From positions 49,570-113,569 of the IMG/VR virus record IMGVR_UViG_2558860984_000001: a stretch of DNA of 64,000 bases; one strand, written 5' to 3'. This document shows positions 1-9,277 of this stretch, in pieces. Position numbers and translations under genes: made by a program. Within the stretch, counting starts at the first letter, position 1, and the number at the start of each line of letters is the position of its first letter. The stretch comes from a virus. Lineage: Duplodnaviria > Caudoviricetes. The notes beneath the pieces were generated by a model that was not told the DNA's origin, ran no database searches, and saw only the letters and a program-made list of their open reading frames with translations.

Positions 1-331
1 CACCGAACCGGCCAGGTGCCGGAAGTGCCACCGGCCCCTGCGCAACACGAGCCCGGACGGACTCGGGCCGAAGTGCCGCCGGAACGTACGACGCGCGAAC
101 CGCGAGAACCGCGCCCGCTACCAGGGCTGGCAGGTCACCAAGGCCGCAGAGGCGTTGGAACTCGGCGCGGTCGTGCCGCTCCGCAAGACCAGCCGCACCC
201 GCGTGTTCCTCGTCGTCAGCGACGACGGCACCGAGATCTACCGGGCCGCGGCCTCCGGCCAATGCAACTGCCCGGCCGGCCTGCGCGGCATCCGCTGCTA
301 CCACGGCGCGGCGGCAGCCGCCGCGGCCTGA
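1..331 (+). CDS. 5'-truncated protein with DUF6011-like Zn motif and C-terminal SWIM zinc finger
   Basis: Frame 2 (absent from ORF track) reads ARCRKCHRPLRNTSPDGLGPKC...FLVVSDDGTEIYRAAASGQCNCPAGLRGIRCYH; stop TGA at 329-331. Confidence 0.7.
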   Translation, partial: TEPARCRKCHRPLRNTSPDGLGPKCRRNVRRANRENRARYQGWQVTKAAEALELGAVVPLRKTSRTRVFLVVSDDGTEIYRAAASGQCNCPAGLRGIRCYHGAAAAAAA

Positions 332-357
332 CCGAACTTCCAGGGAGGGACAGCACC

Positions 358-1014
358 ATGAACGGCCACACGAAGGCAGCCACCCGCGCCCGCCTCCTCG
401 CCAAGCTGATCCGGGGCCGCGCCGACGGCCACCCCCGGCGGCGCCGCGCGCTGCTCACCGCCGCCCGCCACCTGCACGACGTCACCGCGAACCTCCTCGA
501 CGCCGACACCGACACCGACGGCATTCCGCAGGACGCCGACGCCTCGATCAGCGCCGCGTACCGCGCGCTGACGACCACCGGCACCGACGTGCCCCTCACG
601 CTCCTGCACTACGTCACCGACCCGGTCACCGGCGCCCGCACGGAGCTGCCCGAGCTGGACCTGATCCACCCAGAGTTCCGCTACCGGGCACGCGAACTGC
701 GCGCCCGCCACCTGTACGTCATCGAGATGGGCCACCTCGACAGCCGCGACGAAGACGTGGTCCTCGCCGCGCTCGGCGCACTGTGCGACCTGCACCGCGA
801 ATGGGACCAGCTCACCGAGGACGCCCGCGACGAGCTGCGACGCGACCGCACCCGGCCCGTCATCTACCGCACCCAAGACGGCCTGCGCACCGCCGAGCAC
901 CTGCGCGGCCACCTGACCGTGCGCGACGGCACCCGCGTCATCGCCTCCCTCGACGTGCCCGAGCACACCGCGCCCGGCGACATCTGGCAGCTCATCAACC
1001 AGGCCGCGGCCTGA
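358..1014 (+). CDS. hypothetical protein
   Basis: GGGAGG RBS before ATG 358 (MNGHTK...); high GC3 codon usage. Confidence 0.75.
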   Translation: MNGHTKAATRARLLAKLIRGRADGHPRRRRALLTAARHLHDVTANLLDADTDTDGIPQDADASISAAYRALTTTGTDVPLTLLHYVTDPVTGARTELPELDLIHPEFRYRARELRARHLYVIEMGHLDSRDEDVVLAALGALCDLHREWDQLTEDARDELRRDRTRPVIYRTQDGLRTAEHLRGHLTVRDGTRVIASLDVPEHTAPGDIWQLINQAAA

Positions 1015-1082
1015 ACCCGATGGAAGGGGGGCCACGACGCACGCAGTGTTCCGCCCACACCGAGAAGAGAACGGAAGCTGAC

Positions 1083-1979
1083 ATGCCCATCTATCTGCGA
1101 GCACCTGAGGCGCCGGCCGGCGGCCCCGACGGGAAGGGCTGGAACCGCCTGAGCCTCAACGCTCACCTCGGCCTTCCGGCCCAGTGCGCACTGCGCCCCC
1201 GACGCTGGGGCGCGCTCCTGGAGTCCCAGGACACACGCCGGGCTCGATGGGGCGGTTTCGGTCCCTGCGTGAACGGCGGGAGTTGCGACGAGTGCCCTGT
1301 CACGAAGGCACTGGACGAGCGGTGCACGGTCGTACCGGTGAACGCGCCGCGGGTTCTGGTGCGGATCGAGCCGATCTTCGCGTCCGACACGCTGTTCGGC
1401 GGCCCGGACGGGTACAAGCTGTGGGTCACGACCGGGCCCGAAGACCAGAACTACCGCAATGGCCCGCCCTGGACCTGGGAAGACGCTGTGCGCGTCCGCG
1501 GCTGGGAACTGGGCCGTCCGTACCTGGACGAGCACGGTGTGGGCTTCTGGCTGGAACGCACGGCGCGCGTCCCCGCCCTCGGCTGCGTCATCACCAGCCG
1601 CCCTCGCTCCTCCTCTACCCGGCACGCGTTCCGGGTGGCCGGCTGCGGCGTCGCCCTCCTCCACTGCGCCGGCGGGTGCAGCCACGACACCGAGCTGCTG
1701 AACGCCATCTCGCATGCCTGCCCCGGCCCGGACGGTGCCAACGAGGAGCGCGTACCGGTCCGATGGACGCAGGCGCCGGAGATGACGCCACCGCCCACCG
1801 GCCGCTTCCGGGTCCACGTCGACGTGCGCCCCATGAGCGTCGTGATCAGCGTCGTGGAGAGCGACCGGCGCGAACGGGCCCGACTGACGCTCACCGGTTC
1901 CGGGTGGACGGCTGAGCGTGTGCGAGCAGCCGGCGAGGCACTCTGCACGCTGGCGGTCCCGGCCCCGGCGACCGCATGA
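1083..1979 (+). CDS. hypothetical Cys-containing protein
   Basis: ATG 1083 (MPIYLRAP...); stop overlaps next start (ATGA). Confidence 0.7.
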   Translation: MPIYLRAPEAPAGGPDGKGWNRLSLNAHLGLPAQCALRPRRWGALLESQDTRRARWGGFGPCVNGGSCDECPVTKALDERCTVVPVNAPRVLVRIEPIFASDTLFGGPDGYKLWVTTGPEDQNYRNGPPWTWEDAVRVRGWELGRPYLDEHGVGFWLERTARVPALGCVITSRPRSSSTRHAFRVAGCGVALLHCAGGCSHDTELLNAISHACPGPDGANEERVPVRWTQAPEMTPPPTGRFRVHVDVRPMSVVISVVESDRRERARLTLTGSGWTAERVRAAGEALCTLAVPAPATA

Positions 1980-2428
1980 ACGCGACCGGACACGCCCGGG
2001 CATGTCCCGGGGCGTGTCCGGGCGTCGCCGGACCCGAGCGGCACGACGGCGAGAAGCCGTACACGTTCGTGGTGAACGAGTGCAGCACCGAGAAGGCGTG
2101 GGCCGCGGTACTCGCGTGGTTCATGGTCGATATGGAGACCGTCGATGCGCACGTGGTCGCCGGCGACTCCTGCGAGGGTGTCCCCGAGCCTGAGTGCGGC
2201 TACTTCTGGATCGACTTGCGGGCGGAGTTCGAGCGGCGGAAAGCCTTCGAAGATTCGGCCAGCCAGGCGGCGGAGGCGGTCGAATCGCTACGCGCACAAA
2301 CCGAGCACATGGTGCGCGACGGTGATGTGCTCCCCAGCCACCAGACCGCATACGACACGGCGTTGGGTGATGCCGCGTACGCCGCGTGGCCGCTGGTGGT
2401 GTCGATGGCCGAGAACGCCGACCGGTGA
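1976..2428 (+). CDS. hypothetical protein
   Basis: ATGA coupling to previous gene; typical codon usage. Confidence 0.65.
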   Translation: MNATGHARACPGACPGVAGPERHDGEKPYTFVVNECSTEKAWAAVLAWFMVDMETVDAHVVAGDSCEGVPEPECGYFWIDLRAEFERRKAFEDSASQAAEAVESLRAQTEHMVRDGDVLPSHQTAYDTALGDAAYAAWPLVVSMAENADR

Positions 2429-2483
2429 TCAGCGACAACGGCGGGACGTGCCCCGCACGGCAACGTGCGGGGCTGCCGTGCAT

Positions 2484-2771
2484 TCAGGCGCCGGGCTTGA
2501 CCGTGCGGCGAGGGCCGCGCTGCCGTGAGTGGCCCTGGATGATGTCGCTGACCCGCTGGGGCTTGCAGTTGAGGTGCTCGGCGATCTCGTCGCGGCTGTG
2601 CGTGGCGCGCAGTTCGGCGACGACGCGGCTCCGGTGGGTCTTCAGCCAGCGCTGCAGGTCGGGGATCGCCTCCAGCGCCCGGGTCAGAGAGGCGGCCTGG
2701 GAGAGCGTCGGTTCGCCCTCGACCAGGCGGGCGATGTCGGCGAACTGCTGGGGAGGCTTGTCGTGATCCAT
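2484..2771 (-). CDS. small HTH DNA-binding protein (candidate repressor)
   Basis: MDHDKPP...HSRDEIAEHLNCKPQRVSDIIQG helix-turn-helix pattern; divergent from the 2943 operon. Confidence 0.75.
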   Translation of the reverse strand: MDHDKPPQQFADIARLVEGEPTLSQAASLTRALEAIPDLQRWLKTHRSRVVAELRATHSRDEIAEHLNCKPQRVSDIIQGHSRQRGPRRTVKPGA

Positions 2772-2781
2772 AAACCCAGGG

Positions 2782-2797
2782 TAGTGGGTCCCCAATA
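2782..2797. promoter_or_regulatory. degenerate copy of 16-bp palindrome (TAGTGGGTCCCCAATA)
   Basis: 2 mismatches to TATTGGGTACCCAATA at 5945 and 8160; 10 bp upstream of the HTH gene start. Confidence 0.6.
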
Positions 2798-2942
2798 GCC
2801 TTGACGATCAGCATCTGAGTCGTGTTTTCGCAGGTCAATGGACCGATATTCCGTCGCGATCCAGGTTCCAAAATGTAGTTTCCAAAGTCGATTTATGGAA
2901 TGATTTAAGTAGTTCAACCAAACCACCCTGAAAGGACACGAG

Positions 2943-3209
2943 ATGGACGCCGTGATAGCTGAAGTGCTCACCAAGGCCGGAACGGCGACCAACTGGACGC
3001 AAACCAACCTCGGCGCGATCACCGAGGTCAGCCACGGCGGCTACACCTGGACGGTGAACCTGCCGCCCGACACGGGCGAGGTCCCCCCCAAGGCGCGTGT
3101 CACCGGCCGGCTCGGCTACGGCGGCACCGAACACCTGGACGTGGAAGCCACCTACGGCCAGACGATCGCCATCGTCGACTCCGTCATGGCGTCCCGGCGC
3201 CTGCACTGA
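2943..3209 (+). CDS. hypothetical protein
   Basis: AAGGA RBS; AT-rich promoter-like region 2860-2930 upstream. Confidence 0.75.
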   Translation: MDAVIAEVLTKAGTATNWTQTNLGAITEVSHGGYTWTVNLPPDTGEVPPKARVTGRLGYGGTEHLDVEATYGQTIAIVDSVMASRRLH

Positions 3210-3242
3210 CCTCCCCGCCCCTATCTCCTGGAAGGAATCCAC

Positions 3243-3911
3243 ATGGACGCCGCAACCGCCCTCAAGCACCTCACCTACTACGCCGAGATCCGCATCGAGG
3301 CCGACGAGAAGGCGCGCACCGCGCTGGCCGCCGCGCTCGCGAACACGCCTGCCACCGAACTGACTACTCAGATCGAACGCGCACTCAGGTCATCCGCGAT
3401 CGCGAAGCCCTGGCGCCAGCTCATGCAGGCCGTGGAGCGCTACGGCGTGCGCGAGGGCCTGCTTAGGCAGCAAGGCGAGGCGCTGAACGCCCTGCTCTCC
3501 TACGGGATGGGCATGAGCACCTGCATGGTCGCCAACGCCGCGCGCCTGGCCGAGGAGGACGGACTGCGGCGCTTCCTCGGCCAGATCGACACGATCGAGA
3601 TCGCTGAGGACGACGCCCCGGCCCCTGAGCCCGAGCCCACTCCTAAGCCGACCATGACCAGGGCCGCCAAGGCGACCCCGGCGCAGAAGCGGACCCTCAC
3701 CGCTATCAAGGAAGCCGGTGTCGTCCTCAGTGAGCGCAGCGCCAGCGAGGGTCCGCGCGTGACGGTCAACTTGGGCCACGTGGCTCCGCGCCGGGACATG
3801 GTGGAGGCGGTCATCACCAAAGGCTGGGCGGCCCGTGACACCTCGACCTCACTGTTCAACGGGCAGGCCGTGACCCTCACCGCGGCCGGCGAGGCGATCC
3901 TCACGAGCTGA
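3243..3911 (+). CDS. hypothetical protein
   Basis: GAAGGA RBS; two-domain protein with PAPEPEPTP linker. Confidence 0.75.
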   Translation: MDAATALKHLTYYAEIRIEADEKARTALAAALANTPATELTTQIERALRSSAIAKPWRQLMQAVERYGVREGLLRQQGEALNALLSYGMGMSTCMVANAARLAEEDGLRRFLGQIDTIEIAEDDAPAPEPEPTPKPTMTRAAKATPAQKRTLTAIKEAGVVLSERSASEGPRVTVNLGHVAPRRDMVEAVITKGWAARDTSTSLFNGQAVTLTAAGEAILTS

Positions 3912-3976
3912 CCGGCAGCACGCCGGGAGGGGGCATCGGCCCTCTCAACCCCCCCACACCCCAAGGAGGTCCCCCC

Positions 3977-4426
3977 ATGCCCCACCGGCAGCTCACCCCC
4001 GACCAGGCCCAGCAGCTCGGCGAGGCCACCGGCAAGATCGCCGCACTCGCGGCGAAGGCCCTCCACCACACGTGGCCGCACCTGGACTTGGAGGCCCTCG
4101 TCGCGCTGTTCACCCGGGACAGCGCCCTGGAGATGATCGCCGCCACCTACCTCGCCGGGATTGACCGTGGCCGCACGCCGGGCGAAGCGGCCGGCGACGC
4201 AGGCACCGCCCTGATCCGCGTATGGGCGGATGCGCGGCTGGCCGCCCGCGCCCAGCTCGACGCGCAGCGCGCGGACGACCCGGCCGCCGAACCGCGCGTC
4301 GTCTGCGGCTGCGGCATCTCCGTCCACGACAACGACGACGCGCGCCAAGGGCACGCGGATTACTGGCACTCCGAGGCGATCCCCGCCGTGTGGGGACCGC
4401 CGGTGATCCCCGGTCGGGCCGTCTGA
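3977..4426 (+). CDS. hypothetical protein
   Basis: AAGGAGGT RBS before ATG. Confidence 0.75.
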   Translation: MPHRQLTPDQAQQLGEATGKIAALAAKALHHTWPHLDLEALVALFTRDSALEMIAATYLAGIDRGRTPGEAAGDAGTALIRVWADARLAARAQLDAQRADDPAAEPRVVCGCGISVHDNDDARQGHADYWHSEAIPAVWGPPVIPGRAV

Positions 4427-4463
4427 CCGGCGGCCCGCCATCCAATAGAGAGGAGGTCGCCGC

Positions 4464-5891
4464 ATGGCGACCATCACGATCACGCACAGCCGAGCCGAGG
4501 GAACCCTGATCGAGGGCTCCGTGAAGGGAGACGGCGTCTGGGAGGTCGTCCGGCAGCACCGGTTCCGCTCGTCCCGCATGGTCGGCCTTTACCTGCCGCA
4601 CTCCCGCGACCGCGAGGCCGACACGTGGCGGATCAACAGGGCGAAGGCCGCGCTGGAGGCGGCCGGGCACGCCGTGACCGTCGAGATCGACGAGGAGACG
4701 CGGAGGACCTTCGCCGAGGCCGAAGCCGGCCGCGTCGAGCGCGCCGAGGGCCGCGCCGAGCGGTTCAGCGGCTACGCCGACAACGCGGCCCGGTCCTCGG
4801 ACGCCCGCCGCAAGAAGGCCGACGACATCTCAAGGCGCTTCGAGTTCGGGCAGCCGATCCTGGTGGGGCACCACAGTGAGAGGCGTGCCCGCAGGGATCA
4901 GGAGCGCATCCACGACAACATGCACCGGTCGTTCGAGGACGCGGACCGTGCCGGGCACTTCCAGAACCGGGTGGACGCGGCCGAGCGGTACGAGGAGCAC
5001 CGCAACAACCCGTACCGGACGATGCGGCGCCTGGAGAAGCTGCGCGCCGAACTGCGGGCCGAGCAGCGCCGCCACGGCTGCGCCGACGGCACGGAGCACC
5101 CGGTGTCCGACCGGCATGCGCGGGCGGTCCGTGACCTGACGGAGGAGATCGAGTATTGGGAGGAGCTGATCGCCAAGGTCGAAGCGGACGGCGTGAAGAT
5201 CTGGCGGCCCGACGACTTCGCCCCCGGGGACTTCGCGCTGCTCCGCGGTGACTGGTACCAGGTGGCCCGGGTCAACCCCAAGACGCTGTCGATCGCGTGG
5301 AACCTGCGGCTGGTGCCGACGCCGGTGATGACGCTGGAGGACGCCACGGATGAGGACGGGCGGGTCGGGACGCATACCGCCGACTACAGCAACGTACGCG
5401 CACGCTGCCCCGAGGAGGCGATGCGCACCTTCCTCGCCGACGGCAAGGTGCCCGGCACCCGGTCGGCCAGCGCGGCGTCGGCGGCGGCCCCGGCAGAGGA
5501 CATCCGCCGGGAGCAGGCCGAGGCGAAGAAGGCCAGGCCGAAGGCGAAGAAGAAGCGCAGCGACCCGAGGATCCCGAAGCGTCTGCAGGTGAGGTGCAAG
5601 GTCGGCGACGGTGAGGCCACGCTGACGTGGCTGAACGGCAACAGCCAGCCGCACCCCGACCACGAGCCGGAGACACTCACCGCCCCCGAGGGGGAGAAGT
5701 ACCGCCGGGCAACGTGGTCGCGGAACCTGCGGGCGCAGGTGGACGAGCTGCTGGCCGAGCGTGGGTACGTACGCACCGGAGAGTTCATGCCCCGCCGAGA
5801 CGGGACCGGGGTCGCCACGATCGAGCCGGCCCCGGCCAAGGACGAGGAGCCGAAGCAGGAGGAGCTGGTGTGGTCCTCCGACGCCGAGTAG
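4464..5891 (+). CDS. DUF3560 domain protein
   Basis: Characteristic GQPILVGHHSERRARRD motif; GAGGAGG RBS; family typical of plasmid leading regions. Confidence 0.85.
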   Translation: MATITITHSRAEGTLIEGSVKGDGVWEVVRQHRFRSSRMVGLYLPHSRDREADTWRINRAKAALEAAGHAVTVEIDEETRRTFAEAEAGRVERAEGRAERFSGYADNAARSSDARRKKADDISRRFEFGQPILVGHHSERRARRDQERIHDNMHRSFEDADRAGHFQNRVDAAERYEEHRNNPYRTMRRLEKLRAELRAEQRRHGCADGTEHPVSDRHARAVRDLTEEIEYWEELIAKVEADGVKIWRPDDFAPGDFALLRGDWYQVARVNPKTLSIAWNLRLVPTPVMTLEDATDEDGRVGTHTADYSNVRARCPEEAMRTFLADGKVPGTRSASAASAAAPAEDIRREQAEAKKARPKAKKKRSDPRIPKRLQVRCKVGDGEATLTWLNGNSQPHPDHEPETLTAPEGEKYRRATWSRNLRAQVDELLAERGYVRTGEFMPRRDGTGVATIEPAPAKDEEPKQEELVWSSDAE

Positions 5892-5944
5892 GCATCTGAC
5901 CTGCGAAAATACGTGGATTTTCGCGGATCACCAACTGTACGGGG

Positions 5945-5960
5945 TATTGGGTACCCAATA
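5945..5960. promoter_or_regulatory. perfect 16-bp palindrome TATTGGGTACCCAATA (operator or parS candidate)
   Basis: AT-rich perfect inverted repeat upstream of parB; identical copy at 8160. Confidence 0.75.
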
Positions 5961-6050
5961 GTATTGATCTTGTTCACCTCCTCCCAACACCGGCTGGGAG
6001 GAGGCGGGACTCGCGACCCAACCGCTCCTCAAGCCCGAGAGGAACAGACG

Positions 6051-7226
6051 ATGACCACCAAGACCGACACCCCGAAGAAGCCCGCAAGGCGCAAGGCGCC
6101 CACGAAGAAGACCGCGAGCGCTACCGCTCCGGCCCGAGCCCAGAAGGACCCTGAGCCGGCGGAGGTCAGCAAGCGCCGCGAGGTGGTCGCCGAGGAGGCA
6201 GCGAAGGCGGCCGAGCAGGTGCGCACCGTGCTGAAGCGCGTCCCGGTCGACCGGATCGACCGCGACCCGAACCAACCGCGCGAGCACTTCGACGAGGCCA
6301 AGCTGAACGAGCTGGCCGGCTCCCTGCGCCGGATCGGTCAGCAGCAGCCGATCAGCGTTCGGTACCACCGGGGCACGCGCCGGTACACGCTCATCATGGG
6401 CGAGCGCCGCTGGCGGGCGGCGAAGATCGCCGGTCTGACCGAGCTGGACGCCGTCGTGCAGCACGGCATCAACGACGGCGACCGCTCGACGCTGATGCGG
6501 GCCGTCGCCGAGAACGTCGGCCGCGCCGACATGACCGCCATGGAAGAGGCCAAGGCGTTCCAGCGGCTCATCACTGACGACGGCTACACGCTCGACGAGG
6601 TCGCCGAGGGTGTCGGCCGCTCGGCCGCGTACGTCAAGTGGCGGATCGACCTGCTGGACCTGTGCCCGACCGCCCAGGAGGCCATGAGCAAGGGCCACCT
6701 GCCGCCTGCGCTGGCCTGGTACGTGGCCAAGCTGTCGACCCACAACCAGAACCGGTTCCTCGCGAAGTACCTCGGCGGGGCGTTCCCCACCACGCGCGAC
6801 GCCGAGGCATTCGTCAACGCGTGCCGGACCGAGGAGGAGCGGCGACAGTCGCAGGGCAGCTTCTTCGTCCTCGCGGATGAGGCGGAGAAGCCCGCGGCGC
6901 GGTCTGGTTCGCAGGACGCGCTTCCGGGCGCGCACGACCTGCCGGAGGAGGAGCGCGAGCGGATCACCGCGGACCGTACGCGGCTCATCAAGCGCGTCGA
7001 GAAGCTGCACACGGCCGGGGAGATCCTGTCGGAGCTGGTTGCCGCGGACCCCGACGAGCTGGCCGTGCTCCTCGCGGGCGCCGCCGGCGGCGTCGCCGGT
7101 TACCAGCAGCGCATCGAGCACCTGCGGGACCTGACGACCAAGGCGATCAAGAACCTGCGGGACGCGAAGGCCATCGCCGCCGTCCGCGCGGACGGCATCG
7201 AGATCAACCCCGACGCCGCGGCCTGA
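6051..7226 (+). CDS. ParB/RepB/Spo0J family partition protein
   Basis: DPNQPREHFDE, QPISVR, GERRWRA, EN..RAD motifs, followed by an HTH (LDEVAEGVGRSAAYV). Confidence 0.9.
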   Translation: MTTKTDTPKKPARRKAPTKKTASATAPARAQKDPEPAEVSKRREVVAEEAAKAAEQVRTVLKRVPVDRIDRDPNQPREHFDEAKLNELAGSLRRIGQQQPISVRYHRGTRRYTLIMGERRWRAAKIAGLTELDAVVQHGINDGDRSTLMRAVAENVGRADMTAMEEAKAFQRLITDDGYTLDEVAEGVGRSAAYVKWRIDLLDLCPTAQEAMSKGHLPPALAWYVAKLSTHNQNRFLAKYLGGAFPTTRDAEAFVNACRTEEERRQSQGSFFVLADEAEKPAARSGSQDALPGAHDLPEEERERITADRTRLIKRVEKLHTAGEILSELVAADPDELAVLLAGAAGGVAGYQQRIEHLRDLTTKAIKNLRDAKAIAAVRADGIEINPDAAA

Positions 7227-7292
7227 CGCTCTGCCGGCCGGGGCGGCTCGACATCGCCCCGGCCCGACCCGCTCTCTGCACCTGGAGGTGCC

Positions 7293-8123
7293 ATGCAGTT
7301 CCCGCCCGACGTGCTGCGCGTGCTCACCGACCCGCGCACGATCATCCGAGACGACAAGGTCGCTGTGCCGTTCGAGATCGACCGGCCGGTGTACGAGCAG
7401 ATGAACAAGGTGCTGAAGGAGATGGGCGGCGCCTGGGACGGCCGGAAAGCCGTACGCGCGCACGTCTTCCCGTACCGCATTGAGGAGTTCATGCGGCAGT
7501 GCCTCGCGGCCGGCGAGTACCCGACCCGAACCGAGCAGGGCTGGTTCCCGACCCCGCCGAGCCTGGTCATGCAGGTCTGCGACCTGGCAGGGATCTCCGC
7601 CGGTATGACCGTGCTGGAGCCCTCGGCCGGGGCGGGAGCGCTGACCGCCGAGATCGCCCGGCGCGGCGCGGTGGTGGACGCTGTCGAGCTGGACGAGCGG
7701 CGTGCGGAGGTCCTGCGCTCCCAGAATGACGCGCGGACCGTGACGCGCGCCAACTTCCTCGACCTGGACCCGCTGGACCTCGCCGAGCCGTACGACCGGA
7801 TCGTGATGAACCCGCCGTTCTCCGGAGGGCTCGACCACATCCGGCACGCGGTGGGATTCATGGCCGACGACGGGATTCTCGTCTCGGTCATGTCCAACGG
7901 ACTGATGTGGTGGAGCGACAGGGAGACCGTTGCGTTCCGTGAGCTGGTCGACGAGGTCGGCGGCGATATCCAGCCCTTGCCGGACGACACGTTCGCGGTG
8001 TGCGGGAAGGAGGGGGTTCGTACGTGCCTGCTGTTCCTGCCGGGCTACGCGGGCAGCCGCCTACCGACGTACGACTGGCTGATGCGGCAGCCGCGGCAGC
8101 TCGACCTGTTCGGCGCCGCGTGA
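7293..8123 (+). CDS. N6-adenine DNA methyltransferase-like (class I SAM-dependent)
   Basis: FPTP, VLEPSAGAG (motif I), MNPPF (motif IV); ends QLDLF. Confidence 0.85.
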   Translation: MQFPPDVLRVLTDPRTIIRDDKVAVPFEIDRPVYEQMNKVLKEMGGAWDGRKAVRAHVFPYRIEEFMRQCLAAGEYPTRTEQGWFPTPPSLVMQVCDLAGISAGMTVLEPSAGAGALTAEIARRGAVVDAVELDERRAEVLRSQNDARTVTRANFLDLDPLDLAEPYDRIVMNPPFSGGLDHIRHAVGFMADDGILVSVMSNGLMWWSDRETVAFRELVDEVGGDIQPLPDDTFAVCGKEGVRTCLLFLPGYAGSRLPTYDWLMRQPRQLDLFGAA

Positions 8124-8159
8124 TTGCCGGAACTTCAGGGGCTGTTCCGCTGATCGACA

Positions 8160-8175
8160 TATTGGGTACCCAATA
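8160..8175. promoter_or_regulatory. perfect 16-bp palindrome TATTGGGTACCCAATA
   Basis: Identical to 5945 copy; both are followed by G(T/A)ATTGATC. Confidence 0.75.
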
Positions 8176-8249
8176 GAATTGATCGCGGAATATGGCTACA
8201 CCCCCGGCCCGCCCGGGCCGGGGGAGCGCAACGAGAAGGCGAGAGCAGC

Positions 8250-8678
8250 GTGATCCAACAGATCAAGTTGGCGACCTGCACGTATCAGGAATTCACCCCC
8301 ACCATGGGCACCCCCGTGCGCACCACCGCGGGTCACCCGCGATTCCCCCTCACCTACCAGCTCGGCGGCATCGCGCGCTCCGTGACGCCCACACGGGATC
8401 TGCTGAAGATCGAAGCCGAGGACGCGTACGAGTGGGCGTACCGGCGGCTGCTGGCCGCGCGGGGACTCGACACGATCCGCGAGGAACTGACGGCCATCGC
8501 CGGAGTGAACGACCTCGACAGTCCGCTGGTCCTGCTGTGCTTCGACAAGCTCAGCAAGCCCGGCAACTGGTGCCACCGCACCATGTTCGCCCGCTGGTGG
8601 ACCGAGGAGACCGGCGAGCCGGTGCCCGAGCTGGGCGCCTCGCCCGCGCCGAGGTCGGCGCCCCCATCCCTGTTCTGA
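8250..8678 (+). CDS. DUF488-like protein
   Basis: PTRDLL...YRRLL...LVLLCFD...WCHRTMFARWW pattern. Confidence 0.7.
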   Translation: MIQQIKLATCTYQEFTPTMGTPVRTTAGHPRFPLTYQLGGIARSVTPTRDLLKIEAEDAYEWAYRRLLAARGLDTIREELTAIAGVNDLDSPLVLLCFDKLSKPGNWCHRTMFARWWTEETGEPVPELGASPAPRSAPPSLF

Positions 8679-8756
8679 CGACGACATTCGACCCCCGGGG
8701 CGGGCTGGCACGGACAGTGCCAGACCCGCCCCGACCCATGAGCGAAGGAGGAGACC

Positions 8757-9191
8757 GTGCACCGCGTCATGGTCAGCAACAACGACAAGGACAAGTACCC
8801 GGCGTACGTCGACCCGCGAGAGTGGGACGGCGACGGCTGGGTGAAGCCGTACTTCGACCTGGACACCGTGCGAAAGCTGGCCGCGAACACCCAGTCCGCC
8901 GCTGCGGAGTTCGGACATGGCTCGATCGACACCGTGCACGTCGTCGACGGCGACGCGAACGGCAACCCGCCCGCCCTGGTCGTTGTCGTGACCTGGATGG
9001 ACGTCGACTCCAAGGGCATCGACGAGGCCACCACGATCGTCGAGCCGATCCGCCACCCCGAGCACGACGGCCAGGACGACGACGAAGACGACGGCGAACG
9101 GCTCTGGCCGGTCGGCGGCTTCCGCTGGCGCTGGTACGCGATCGCCCCCGACGGCATCCACCCGCAGATCCCGTACGAGCCCGAGCAGTAG
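8757..9191 (+). CDS. hypothetical protein (paralog of the N-terminus of the next gene)
   Basis: AAGGAGGAG RBS; YPAYVDP..GWVKPYF..WPVGGFRWRWY. Confidence 0.8.
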   Translation: MHRVMVSNNDKDKYPAYVDPREWDGDGWVKPYFDLDTVRKLAANTQSAAAEFGHGSIDTVHVVDGDANGNPPALVVVVTWMDVDSKGIDEATTIVEPIRHPEHDGQDDDEDDGERLWPVGGFRWRWYAIAPDGIHPQIPYEPEQ

Positions 9192-9205
9192 CAGCCGGGC
9201 CACCA

Positions 9206-9251
9206 CCGGGCGGGCGCGGGCCGGGAATCCCCGCCCGCCCGGCAGCAGCGA
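9206..9251 (+). repeat. intergenic hairpin repeat (GGGAATCCC loop region plus CAGCAGCGA), copy 1
   Basis: 37 bp identical to 10427-10463. Confidence 0.75.
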
Positions 9252-9277
9252 CAAACCTCACCCCAAGGAGAACAGCG

